This document shows, piece after piece, positions 1 to 8,135 of a stretch of DNA of 46,983 bases. The DNA is taken from positions 1 to 46,983 of the forward strand of contig CALVQH010000003.1 of the NCBI GenBank assembly GCA_944358115.1. The letters are read 5' to 3'. Origin of the DNA: an uncultured Bacilli bacterium (GTDB taxonomy: Bacteria > Bacillota_I > Bacilli_A > RF39 > UBA660). A program made the position numbers and the translations under genes. How positions within the stretch are numbered: position 1 is the stretch's first letter; every line of letters starts with the position of its first letter. Under the pieces are notes generated by a model. It was not told where the DNA came from, ran no database searches, and was given only the letters and a program-made list of their open reading frames with translations.

Positions 1-453
1 AAAACTATTTAAAACAACTTCTTTCCCCTTGCCTAAATCATGTATTTGATATTCTAAGTAATCAATTTTATCACTCCATAATTTAGCCCATGAATTACGA
101 TATAATTCACTTTTATGTGGAGATAAAATTAATTGATTATTGATATCAATCATTCTTTTTAAATCATATTCTTCCCTTATATTTCCAACTGGTTTTAATA
201 GTATATAATTTGTTTCATATACATTAGTTATTAATTTACCCAATTTATTTAATAGAATATCATGACATTCTAATCCTCTTACTTTTAATTCTTTACTAAT
301 TTCTATTAAATCAATTAGTTCCCTTTCTGTTCTTTTTAAAGGTACAAAATAAAACTTTTCATGATTGCAATCAAAGGAATACATGGTATCCCAATCTTCT
401 ACTTCTTCTACATTTAAATTATAATAATAATTTATAATATCCCTCATATTCAT
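1..453 (-). CDS. CotS/YutH-family spore-coat kinase-like protein, N-terminal 151 codons (gene continues beyond window start)
   Basis: Not in the ORF track because it runs off the window edge. Minus strand from ATG at 453 is open to position 1: MNMRDIINYYYNLNVEEVEDWDTMYSFDCNHEKFYFVPLKRTERELIDLIEISKELKVRGLECHDILLNKLGKLITNVYETNYILLKPVGNIREEYDLKRMIDINNQLILSPHKSELYRNSWAKLWSDKIDYLEYQIHDLGKGKEVVLNSF. Layout resembles the N-terminal part of CotS/YutH-type phosphotransferases and the paralogue at 3113-4012. It sits downstream of a yutD-like gene. No clear SD. Confidence 0.5.
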   Translation of the reverse strand, partial: MNMRDIINYYYNLNVEEVEDWDTMYSFDCNHEKFYFVPLKRTERELIDLIEISKELKVRGLECHDILLNKLGKLITNVYETNYILLKPVGNIREEYDLKRMIDINNQLILSPHKSELYRNSWAKLWSDKIDYLEYQIHDLGKGKEVVLNSF

Positions 454-499
454 CACTTAATTAAATGTATGAAAAAACTGATGTTTTTAATACACCGGT

Positions 500-1456
500 T
501 TATTGATTATTATTGGGATTAGTTGGCATAAAAGAACTTAAATCCATTACCTTTTGAGCATTATCGTGAGCAATATTAGCAACTTGTTCTCTTGCTTCAG
601 CGTTTAGTAAATGCTCATTAGCATCTTTTAATTTAGCACTAATTTCAGTTTCTTTTCTTTTTAGTTCTTGTTCTCTTGCTTCTAATTCATTTAATTCTTT
701 TTGATATTTTGAAATTAGGGCATCAAACATATTTTCACAGGCTTTTAAGAATGTTTCTTTATCATTTTCAAAATTCATTTTATTTATATTTGGTATTGTT
801 TGTACGTTACTAGTTGGTTGTGTGTTTTCGGTAGTTACTGGTGTTGGATTAGATGCTGGTTGGGGTGCCACAGTTACTGGGGGAATATTATTTACAGTTG
901 GTGTTTCGTTTACTGGTGCAGCACTTACTTTATAAGCATCATCAATTAAATTCATCACTGATTCTTGCTGAGGCTCTGCAGTTACAGTGGAAGAAGCAGG
1001 CGTTACATTTACTGTGGTGTTACTAACTGGACTTGGATTTGGCATTACGGGTGCAACTTCAGGAGTAGATGGAGTTAATGTTGGAGTAGTACCACCTTGA
1101 TTAGCATTATCTTCTACTACATAGCGGTTTTTAATGACATCAAAAGAAGCCGCTGGTAAGGTAAGTGGGGTGTAATAAGCTTCATCCGCGTTAACATTAT
1201 CTCCTATTTTTACATATTCAAAATTAGTTCCACTAATAATCCCTTTTAAATAATTTTTTACTCCTTGCCATTCATTCGTATCATTTATTTTTTCTAGTTT
1301 GGTTGTATATTTACTTACATAAATGATTGGTAAACCCATAGATCCCATTTTTTCGCTATCTAATACAACATAAATGTTATTTTCGGCTTTAAAAGCACTT
1401 AATAAAGTTAAACTTTCTATTGTTCCAGTTGGTTTGGTAATATTTATTTTTGCCAT
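500..1456 (-). CDS. hypothetical protein: N-terminal globular domain, Pro/Thr/Asn/Val-rich linker, C-terminal coiled coil
   Basis: 318-aa ORF with SD-like gagagggat upstream of the ATG. No signal peptide. Low-complexity region TPTLTPSTPEVAPVMPNPSPV...PVTVAPQPASNPTPVTT. C-terminal heptad-like KYQKELNELEAREQELKRKETEISAKLKDANEHLLNAEAREQ. Confidence 0.6.
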   Translation of the reverse strand: MAKINITKPTGTIESLTLLSAFKAENNIYVVLDSEKMGSMGLPIIYVSKYTTKLEKINDTNEWQGVKNYLKGIISGTNFEYVKIGDNVNADEAYYTPLTLPAASFDVIKNRYVVEDNANQGGTTPTLTPSTPEVAPVMPNPSPVSNTTVNVTPASSTVTAEPQQESVMNLIDDAYKVSAAPVNETPTVNNIPPVTVAPQPASNPTPVTTENTQPTSNVQTIPNINKMNFENDKETFLKACENMFDALISKYQKELNELEAREQELKRKETEISAKLKDANEHLLNAEAREQVANIAHDNAQKVMDLSSFMPTNPNNNQ

Positions 1457-1505
1457 TTTTATCCCTCTCTATTCTTAATCATTATACCAAATTATTGGCT
1501 TTCAT

Positions 1506-1787
1506 TCAATTCTTTATTTCGCTAATCATGAACCAGCGGCAACCATAAGCACAATTATTTTTAATATAATCGCTTACTTTGTCCACATCATTCATTTCTT
1601 TAAAATTTTTACTGGTTTTGCTGTTAAATCCTTTTAATCGCAATTTACCATAAGCAATATCCCCAACAATATAGTCAAAGTCATCAAAATATTCGGTTAT
1701 TTTTTCAGATAATTCTTCTATATTAATGGCATCTTTATAATTATTTAGCACTTGATATTTGCGATCATTGATTGTAATTACTTCCAT
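1506..1787 (-). CDS. yutD: YutD-like protein (DUF1027 family)
   Basis: 93 aa. The core YQVLNNYKDAINIEELSEKITEYFDDFDYIVGDIAYGKLRLKGF matches my memory of the YutD signature (..YDYIVGDWGYgQLRLKGF). Confidence 0.6.
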   Translation of the reverse strand: MEVITINDRKYQVLNNYKDAINIEELSEKITEYFDDFDYIVGDIAYGKLRLKGFNSKTSKNFKEMNDVDKVSDYIKNNCAYGCRWFMISEIKN

Positions 1788-1796
1788 AAACCCTCC

Positions 1797-2648
1797 CTAA
1801 ATCATACTAAATATAATAATTGATATGACACTTAATGAAGTTACAATGACACTCATTAATAGTAAAATATCGACATATCCATTTCCGCTGGTAAGCTTGC
1901 GACCATAAAGTTTATAGTAGTTCATGGCTTCATTTAATTTTTCATCACGGTTTGGACTTTCGGCATCTACTTCAAAATATTGATAAGCTTTATTTTGAGA
2001 AGCAGCAATTTCTTCATTACTCATATTTTTTAAATTAGATAAACTAATGCCAAGAGCATTTAGAGCATCTAAATTGATGTTTCCACTTATCGTTTTATCT
2101 AGTTCAAGCTCTCTTGTAACATCCATTTCGTTTAATTTTGAATAATAATATTTTTCAATAAAATTTAGATCCTCACTCATTAAGTAGTTATAAGAAATTC
2201 GATAAGGGTTTGTTGTATAGGAAGAATAGATCAAATCTAAAAAGGTTTCTTCTTCTGTTAATGATGTCTCACTACTTTTTTTCTTAGCAACAAACATATC
2301 TACTAAATATTTTTGAATATTCGTAAAATATGGGTTTTTTAATTTGATTTTACGCTTTTTATTTTGCTCTTCAAATTCATAAAATCTTAGAAAATCATCT
2401 TTAAATAATGCTATTTCTGATTTGCTAATACCATATTTACTTAAATTATTCATAAATACTACACTATTTTTTAAATAATAAGGATTTAAAATATCTAACT
2501 TGCCATAAATAAGAGCAAGCAAGCGAATAACTACAACAGGAAAAGTGTTATAAGCGATACTGTCTTTATTATTTGTGTTTTTTAAATATAACCCTATTGA
2601 TTCATCAAAAGCAATATTCACAAAGTACTCTTCCCTCATATTATTCAC
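1797..2648 (-). CDS. hypothetical protein with C-terminal transmembrane anchor
   Basis: 283-aa ORF. C-terminal hydrophobic stretch VDILLLMSVIVTSLSVISIIIFSMI. First gene of an apparent 2648->1 operon. Confidence 0.55.
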   Translation of the reverse strand: MNNMREEYFVNIAFDESIGLYLKNTNNKDSIAYNTFPVVVIRLLALIYGKLDILNPYYLKNSVVFMNNLSKYGISKSEIALFKDDFLRFYEFEEQNKKRKIKLKNPYFTNIQKYLVDMFVAKKKSSETSLTEEETFLDLIYSSYTTNPYRISYNYLMSEDLNFIEKYYYSKLNEMDVTRELELDKTISGNINLDALNALGISLSNLKNMSNEEIAASQNKAYQYFEVDAESPNRDEKLNEAMNYYKLYGRKLTSGNGYVDILLLMSVIVTSLSVISIIIFSMI

Positions 2649-2655
2649 CTAATCT

Positions 2656-2684
2656 ATTATACCAATGTTAGCTTTAAAAAACAA
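2656..2684 (-). promoter_or_regulatory. sigma-A-type promoter for the 2648->1 operon
   Basis: Minus strand TTGTTT - 17 nt - TATAAT, with TGg extended -10 (ttggtataat), about 10-35 nt upstream of the ATG at 2648. Confidence 0.5.
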
Positions 2685-2744
2685 TTATCAAATTTTGTAA
2701 ACCTGTTTACATTCTATTTACTTTTAAATATTTTGGCATAAGAA

Positions 2745-2807
2745 AAAGCACTTGACCTCGAGGGCATATAAGCCAAAAGAGAGTTTGGAATTTTGGCCAA
2801 GTGCTTT
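2745..2807 (-). terminator. long-stem structured hairpin followed by a U-run; probable intrinsic terminator of the spoVID/ysxE-like operon
   Basis: 13-bp stem (minus strand aaagcacttggcc / ggtcaagtgcttt). One pair is G.U on the minus-strand RNA but an A.C mismatch on the plus strand. The stem encloses a 37-nt interior with possible sub-hairpins (ccaaaa...ttttgg, ggc..gcc). It is followed on the minus strand by tttttctt. Confidence 0.4.
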
Positions 2808-2943
2808 ATGTACAGATTTCTCCGTACAACAATATTATATATTTACTCTCAGTAATAATCAAGCAAAAGCGTTCGACAATTTTTACCAATTTGTCATTTA
2901 ACCAATTGTTTTATTTCATCATAAAATATGTTAGGTGATTATT

Positions 2944-3132
2944 ATGTATCCAAGGCGGCCTTGTGGTAGTGGACTTTTTACTATTTTAGCTATTTTTTGT
3001 CTTTGTATTTTGATTTTTTATCAAATTATTATTACTTTGATTTTGCCTTTTCGATTTAATATCTTTATTTTATTAGTGGAAGTGTTTATTCTTTTTTATT
3101 TATTATTTCGAATTATCTATCCCCGTTGTTAG
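2944..3132 (+). CDS. small hydrophobic protein (62 aa, two predicted TM helices), uncertain
   Basis: Good SD (taggtga, 5-nt spacer) before the ATG at 2944. Product MYPRRPCGSGLFTILAIFCLCILIFYQIIITLILPFRFNIFILLVEVFILFYLLFRIIYPRC. T-rich DNA can generate such ORFs by chance. The 3' end overlaps the convergent gene by 20 nt. Confidence 0.3.
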   Translation: MYPRRPCGSGLFTILAIFCLCILIFYQIIITLILPFRFNIFILLVEVFILFYLLFRIIYPRC

Positions 3133-4012
3133 GTGGTAGTAATTTTTTTACAAGAGTCTCTGTTTTAAAAATATAATCTAATTTTTTTCTAATTTCTCTT
3201 GTGATATTCATTTCTTTTCCTTCTAAATTGATAATTGGGGGTATACTTATAACAATGAAAAATAGATGTTTTTCATTTAAACTTAAAGGATAATTCCTTA
3301 AATATCTTTCTAAAATGGGTTCGAAATTTAAATTCATATATTCTTTTTGATAGAAACCGATTAAATCAAGAATTGGTGAATCAATTTTTGATTTTTCCCA
3401 GCTAATTAAATATTCTCTGGTATTTTTGATAAAATGATCTGTTTCTAAATTATTGTGGATAAAAGCTACTCTTGTTTTTTGCTCTTCTTTTACTCCATCG
3501 AACCATCTATCTAATTGGTCTTGGCAAAAATTTAGAGATTCAAATATTTTGTAAATATTACGCATTAATAAATAATGACTAGGAGAAGGATATACTTCTT
3601 CTAGTAGTTTTTCATATAGAAAATTATAATATCCTTCTGTATAGACAATATTTTCTTTTAAATTCTCGTAAATTTCTTTATATTTATCTTCTGTTACTTC
3701 CTTATAATAAGTGGTTTTATTATGAAGAAGAGCAACTAAATCAATCATATCCATTGCTTTTTGTTCTTTAGGCATAGGAATTTCTTCAATGTATTCAAAT
3801 ACATTTACATCTTTTCGATCTTCTACTGCTAATTTAGGAAAATAATCAAAATTTCGACTTAATAGATATTCATAAGCATTTTCTATTTTATTATCCTTTT
3901 TTTCTTTTATTACAAACGTTCCACTTGTAGAGTTCATGATGGTTACTTTTTTCTTTTTAGTTAATCTATATGGCTTATATTCCCTTTTTAATACTTCTAA
4001 AGCATTATTCAT
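3113..4012 (-). CDS. CotS/YsxE-family phosphotransferase-like spore-coat protein
   Basis: 299 aa, kinase-like fold cues (IHNNLETDHFI region). Overlaps the preceding SpoVID-like gene by 8 nt, the same order as Bacillus spoVID-ysxE. Confidence 0.6.
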   Translation of the reverse strand: MNNALEVLKREYKPYRLTKKKKVTIMNSTSGTFVIKEKKDNKIENAYEYLLSRNFDYFPKLAVEDRKDVNVFEYIEEIPMPKEQKAMDMIDLVALLHNKTTYYKEVTEDKYKEIYENLKENIVYTEGYYNFLYEKLLEEVYPSPSHYLLMRNIYKIFESLNFCQDQLDRWFDGVKEEQKTRVAFIHNNLETDHFIKNTREYLISWEKSKIDSPILDLIGFYQKEYMNLNFEPILERYLRNYPLSLNEKHLFFIVISIPPIINLEGKEMNITREIRKKLDYIFKTETLVKKLLPPNNGDR

Positions 4013-4691
4013 TATTTTCCGGTATAATTAATTTATCGCCGGGAGTAATACTAGTTAGATCATTGTAGTCTTGTAAAATATTTAAATTGGAATTATACAT
4101 CGTACAAATTGTTTCTACACTTTCGCCATCACTTACCATATGAATATGATAGGTGGCATATTCATTGGTATCTGCTTTAATACTGTTAATAATCGTATCT
4201 TCACTCTCCCTTTTTTCTTCTGTTTGCTCTTCTTTCTCTTCTTTGCTTGCCTCCTCTTTTTTGTCTTCTTTTTCTTCTCTATCTTCATCTTCTAAAACAT
4301 CAGTCGGCTCTAAAAAAGCATTGTCGGCATTTTGAAATAGTGGTTCTTCCTTTGGTTCTTCTTCTTTTTCTTTTAGGCTTGCAATGACATTAAAATCGAT
4401 ATTCACTCTGAGTATACTTTGATCTACTATCTCATAAGTAAAGTCTTCAATCATAAATTCAATGGTATCTGGATCCACATCATCAGCTAGATCAATTTCA
4501 AAAGGTAAAATATAAGAAAATGGTTCTTTGTTAACGCTTACTTCATGACTTTTAAAATCACCTGAAACAATAAAATTTCCTTTTAATACTCCCTCTTCCA
4601 CTTTGGTTTCGTGTTCTAAACTAATGCTGGTAATTTCACTTACTTTTTTTTCGAAATCAATGTCTTTTGTAAATGGTATTTTACAATTCAT
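4005..4691 (-). CDS. SpoVID-like protein: N-terminal SPOCS-like domain, acidic E/K/D-rich linker, C-terminal LysM
   Basis: C-terminal LysM signature YHIHMVSDGESVETICTMYNSNLNILQDYNDLTSITPGDKLIIP. Central EDEDREEKEDKKEEASKEEKEEQTEEKRESED. Followed by a CotS-family gene. Confidence 0.55.
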   Translation of the reverse strand: MNCKIPFTKDIDFEKKVSEITSISLEHETKVEEGVLKGNFIVSGDFKSHEVSVNKEPFSYILPFEIDLADDVDPDTIEFMIEDFTYEIVDQSILRVNIDFNVIASLKEKEEEPKEEPLFQNADNAFLEPTDVLEDEDREEKEDKKEEASKEEKEEQTEEKRESEDTIINSIKADTNEYATYHIHMVSDGESVETICTMYNSNLNILQDYNDLTSITPGDKLIIPENNE

Positions 4692-4756
4692 CTTATCATC
4701 TCCTAAAAAATTGTATGAATTCTTACTATAAATATGCTTAAAATTGCGATAATAAA

Positions 4757-4785
4757 TTGACTTTTCCCATATAATATGTTAAAGT
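4757..4785 (+). promoter_or_regulatory. promoter of rpmB
   Basis: TTGACT - 17 nt - TAAAGT with TGt extended -10. SD ggaggtg at 4806-4812. Confidence 0.45.
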
Positions 4786-4817
4786 TTTATAAGTAAGAAA
4801 TTTATGGAGGTGGCAAA

Positions 4818-4979
4818 ATGGCTAAAAAAATTACAACAAAGAAACCTTTAACAGGTAATAAAAGAAGTCATGCACTTAATGCAATTAAAATGAAGCAAAA
4901 ACCTAATATTCAAAAAAAGACTATTAATGGAGAAAAGGTAAGAATTAGTGCTAGAGAAGCAAGAACATTAGAAAAATAA
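4818..4979 (+). CDS. rpmB: 50S ribosomal protein L28
   Basis: Below the ORF-track size cutoff; hand translation gives MAKKITTKKPLTGNKRSHALNAIKMKQKPNIQKKTINGEKVRISAREARTLEK. The GN(K/R)RSHA.N motif is typical of L28. Strong SD GGAGGTG 5 nt upstream. Confidence 0.85.
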   Translation: MAKKITTKKPLTGNKRSHALNAIKMKQKPNIQKKTINGEKVRISAREARTLEK

Positions 4980-5001
4980 CACATCGTAGTGATGTGTTTT
5001 T
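4979..5001. terminator. bidirectional intrinsic terminator shared by rpmB (+) and the CoA-transferase gene (-)
   Basis: acacatc-gtagt-gatgtgt hairpin, followed by ttttt on plus and preceded by an A-run (a T-run on minus). Confidence 0.6.
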
Positions 5002-6565
5002 ATATTAAATCTTTTTTGATATTCATTTTTTCCGGCATAAATATGCGTTCATCCATTCGTTTTATATTTTTAGATATAGTTGGTTTAAAGTCCATTTGAT
5101 CTAATATATCTTTTTTCAAATCAATTCCAGGGGCTATTTCAGTTAATTCTAAGCCACCTTTTTTTAATTCAAATACTGCTCTTTCGGTTACAAATAATAC
5201 TTGAATATTATTATTTATCGCATTTTTACCACTAAAAGTTATTTGTTCTACATGATCGACAAATTTTTTCTTGTTTCCTTCTTGATCAATTATTATTTTT
5301 CCATCCTTTACTTCTTCTTTTAAATCTACGGCTGTAAAGGTTCCCATAAATATAATTTTTTTGGTACTTTGAGTAATATTAATAAATCCTCCTGGACCTG
5401 TTACTCTTGTTCCAAATTTAGAAACATTGACATTTCCTTCTTTATCTACTTCAGCTAAACCTAAAATAGCCAAATCTAAAAATCCACCATCATATAAATC
5501 AAAGTTATCAGCAGTAGAAATAATAGAATCTGGATTTATGCTTGCACCAAAAGCAACTCCACCAATAGGAATTCCGCCTGTTGGCCCACATTCAATTGAT
5601 AAATAGATATCATGGATAAAATCCTCTTCATTTACCACTTTAGCAACTAAATCAGGCATGCCTACGCCTAAATTAATTACATCCCCTTTTTTTATTTCCA
5701 TGGTACTACGTCTGGCACATACTTTACGAACGTTTAATGGACATGCTTCAATTTTTACATCTATTTTTTTCTCTCCTGTTAATTCCGGACGATAAATTGG
5801 TAAATTGTAATCCCCTAAAGATAGATCCGGTTTGCTTACTACAACATAATCAACTAGTTTATTATGAATTAATACATCTTTAGCTTTTAGTGAGCCTGCT
5901 GGTTTAATTTCTTCTACCTGAACGATTACTATTCCTTTAGAATTATGAGCGGCAGCAGCCATGTGAAATTGTTCAGAAATTACGGCTTCATGTTCAAAAC
6001 TAATATTTCCTTCTTCATCAGCATAGGTTGCTTTTATTAAAGCAACATTGATTGGAAAGCTTTTATAGAACAAATAGTCTTTATTGTCTATTTTTAATAA
6101 TTCTACTATTGGTGGTTCTTTTTTGGCAAGATCATTTATACAACAGCCTTCTATCCGAGGATCAGCAAATGTATCTAAGCCAATTTTACTTATGATTCCT
6201 GGCTCTTTACCAACAATAGCTCTTAATAAATGATTGATAATTCCTAAAGGAAGACCAAAAGCTGGAAATGTATTCTTTCCAACTGCTTTTCCAAATAACT
6301 TTCCCATTCCTAAATGAGCACAAATTGCTTTTGATACTAATCCTTCTTTACTAAGCATGTTCATTCCCACAGCATCTTCAGTTAAATTTCCGGGAGAAAT
6401 TCCCGCTACAACTGTAAGGTTTCTAGGTTTAGCATATTGGTCATAGCTTTCTTTTACACTTTTTAGTAAAATTTCAGGAGAACAGCTTCCACCACAGCCG
6501 GTAATAGCAACGGTGTCATTATCTTTAATTAGACTTGCTACTTCTTTTGCATCTATTATTTTCAT
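5000..6565 (-). CDS. family-I acyl-CoA:acetate/propionate CoA-transferase (YdiF/Pct-like, fused alpha-beta)
   Basis: 521 aa. The length, N-terminal GCGGS region and overall pattern fit fused 3-oxoacid/acetate CoA-transferases. Confidence 0.75.
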   Translation of the reverse strand: MKIIDAKEVASLIKDNDTVAITGCGGSCSPEILLKSVKESYDQYAKPRNLTVVAGISPGNLTEDAVGMNMLSKEGLVSKAICAHLGMGKLFGKAVGKNTFPAFGLPLGIINHLLRAIVGKEPGIISKIGLDTFADPRIEGCCINDLAKKEPPIVELLKIDNKDYLFYKSFPINVALIKATYADEEGNISFEHEAVISEQFHMAAAAHNSKGIVIVQVEEIKPAGSLKAKDVLIHNKLVDYVVVSKPDLSLGDYNLPIYRPELTGEKKIDVKIEACPLNVRKVCARRSTMEIKKGDVINLGVGMPDLVAKVVNEEDFIHDIYLSIECGPTGGIPIGGVAFGASINPDSIISTADNFDLYDGGFLDLAILGLAEVDKEGNVNVSKFGTRVTGPGGFINITQSTKKIIFMGTFTAVDLKEEVKDGKIIIDQEGNKKKFVDHVEQITFSGKNAINNNIQVLFVTERAVFELKKGGLELTEIAPGIDLKKDILDQMDFKPTISKNIKRMDERIFMPEKMNIKKDLI

Positions 6566-6812
6566 TATATCACCATTAGTATTGTATCAAATTTTTAAGT
6601 GTATGTCTGCTTTTTTATTATAAAAATTAACTTTTGGTCCTTTCATTTCATTTTAAGAACATCTTATGGTTAGTTCTTTTCTACTAGATTTTCATGTATT
6701 TATAGGTCATCTTTTTGTGGTATATTTCTAAACTATATTTATGATGAGTCATAATAAAGGCTTATTTGATATATCATTAATTGTTTTACAGACTTGTTGG
6801 TTACTTTCTTAT

Positions 6813-6847
6813 AAAACAAAAAGGTAACTAAATCTGTTACCTTTTTT
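6813..6847 (-). terminator. intrinsic terminator of the acyltransferase gene
   Basis: aaaaaggtaac-taaatct-gttaccttttt hairpin; on the minus strand it is followed by tttgtttt. Confidence 0.6.
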
Positions 6848-6850
6848 ACT

Positions 6851-8077
6851 TTATGCTTTTTTCTTCTTTAAAATTGTTTCATCCATAATTAATTTTACTA
6901 ACATACTAAATATGATGGTAATAATTACGGTTGGAATAAATATTTTCCAGAAAGAATAAGTTGTAGCTGCACTATTTGGTCCTAAAACACGAAGCATTAA
7001 AATAGCGATTGGATAGTGAAGCATATACACATATAAAGAAATACTACCTAAATATTGAAATAAGCCATGTGTTACTTTATTATTTAATGCTTTTGTTAAT
7101 CCATCTCTATTTAATAAAGCTAAGGCAATTACCAAAATACATAATAATGAGACAGTCCATCTATCAAGATTAAACCATGTAGGTTGATAAATTGTATACC
7201 AAAGTAGTAAACCGGATGATATAATATTTAATACTGTTAAACTAACCTTTCCTGTTTTGGTAAATTTATGCTCTTTTAACTTAGCAATTAAATAATAAAG
7301 AATCATTCCACCTAAAAGGCCTAATAATACAAATAATAAACCATTATTAAATCCTATTGTAGCTGTTGCATCTGTTGCTGAGCCTCCCATACCATTAGTG
7401 GAAGCCGTTTGAAGGCCGAATGTTGACCAAGCTGTTTGAGCCGCTCTTGTGTTGGTAAAACACCACCATCCACTTAAAAAAATAAATATCAGTGGCGCCC
7501 AAAATCCTGCCGTTTTTTCTTCGTTTTTGCATAAGTTCCAATATAGGAAATAGCCTACTATTACTATAGCAGATATAAACCATAATGGGCCATTTAAATT
7601 AAAGAATTCTCCTCCTGTACTTCTTAAACCAACTGCATGGAATCCCAAAAATTCCCAAGCACTATTAATAACCATGTCACATATATCACGGAAGTTATAT
7701 GTAGGATAGTAATATTTTGTGCAAATAACAACTCCTAATATGTAACCAATTATTAAAACTGGTAATAAAGCTTTTATTCTTGATGCTGTATATTCCCAAG
7801 CTCTACTAGAAGCACTCCTTTCTTGATATTTTGGATCCTTTTGTCTTTTTTTAAAGTGAGATACCATAAAGTATCCTGCCGTTAAAGTAAAAATTAGTAG
7901 TACTTCACTTGACCCAAAGAACCAATTACTAGTTTCCATCCAATAGCCATTAGTTCCATTGGCACTTCTTGCAATTATCCAACCTGTATGAAACCCAATA
8001 ATAGCAATGGCAATTACAAAACGCCATATTTCAATTGCTACATTTCTTTTGCTTGTTAAAGCCTTTTTTTCCTCCAT
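6851..8077 (-). CDS. acyltransferase family 3 integral membrane protein (OatA-type O-acyltransferase domain only)
   Basis: 408 aa, about 10 hydrophobic segments. N-terminal RNVAIEIWRFVIAIAIIGFHTG resembles the acyltransferase-3 N-terminal motif. Adjacent to a cell-wall deacetylase gene. Confidence 0.7.
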   Translation of the reverse strand: MEEKKALTSKRNVAIEIWRFVIAIAIIGFHTGWIIARSANGTNGYWMETSNWFFGSSEVLLIFTLTAGYFMVSHFKKRQKDPKYQERSASSRAWEYTASRIKALLPVLIIGYILGVVICTKYYYPTYNFRDICDMVINSAWEFLGFHAVGLRSTGGEFFNLNGPLWFISAIVIVGYFLYWNLCKNEEKTAGFWAPLIFIFLSGWWCFTNTRAAQTAWSTFGLQTASTNGMGGSATDATATIGFNNGLLFVLLGLLGGMILYYLIAKLKEHKFTKTGKVSLTVLNIISSGLLLWYTIYQPTWFNLDRWTVSLLCILVIALALLNRDGLTKALNNKVTHGLFQYLGSISLYVYMLHYPIAILMLRVLGPNSAATTYSFWKIFIPTVIITIIFSMLVKLIMDETILKKKKA

Positions 8078-8097
8078 TCTTATCCTCCTCTATTTTA

Positions 8098-8126
8098 ATT
8101 ATAAATTTGACCTTTTATTTAGTCAA
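8098..8126 (-). promoter_or_regulatory. near-consensus sigma-A promoter of the acyltransferase gene
   Basis: Minus strand TTGACT - 17 nt - TATAAT, followed by SD gaggagga and the ATG at 8077. Confidence 0.6.
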
Positions 8127-8135
8127 TATCTTTTT

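Noticed and set aside
4153-4335. Plus-strand 60-aa Ser/Leu-rich ORF antisense to the SpoVID-like gene.
   Set aside because: It is the mirror image of the GAA/AAA-rich acidic linker coding region. It has no SD and is low-complexity, so it is a typical antisense artefact.
6566-6812. A roughly 250-nt leader upstream of the CoA-transferase gene as a possible riboswitch.
   Set aside because: It contains only a weak 6-bp hairpin (aagaac/gttctt) with no terminator or anti-terminator logic and no conserved motif I recognise. An extended -10 (tgatacaat) sits only about 20 nt from the ATG, so most of the region is probably untranscribed spacer.
7395-7583. Assorted 60-115-aa ORFs nested in or antisense to larger genes. 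This entry uses 7395-7583 as the example. The others are 9741-9992, 9855-10049, 10805-11116, 14382-14663, 18157-18354, 18809-19048, 24637-24846, 24791-24979, 26738-27004, 26946-27131, 32100-32444, 34183-34416, 35490-35780, 35811-35999, 36548-36763, 37490-37765, 45022-45354, 46029-46217 and 46265-46492.
   Set aside because: All lie within confidently identified genes, lack SD sequences, and have the Leu/Ile/Phe/Ser-rich composition expected of off-frame reads in AT-rich DNA.
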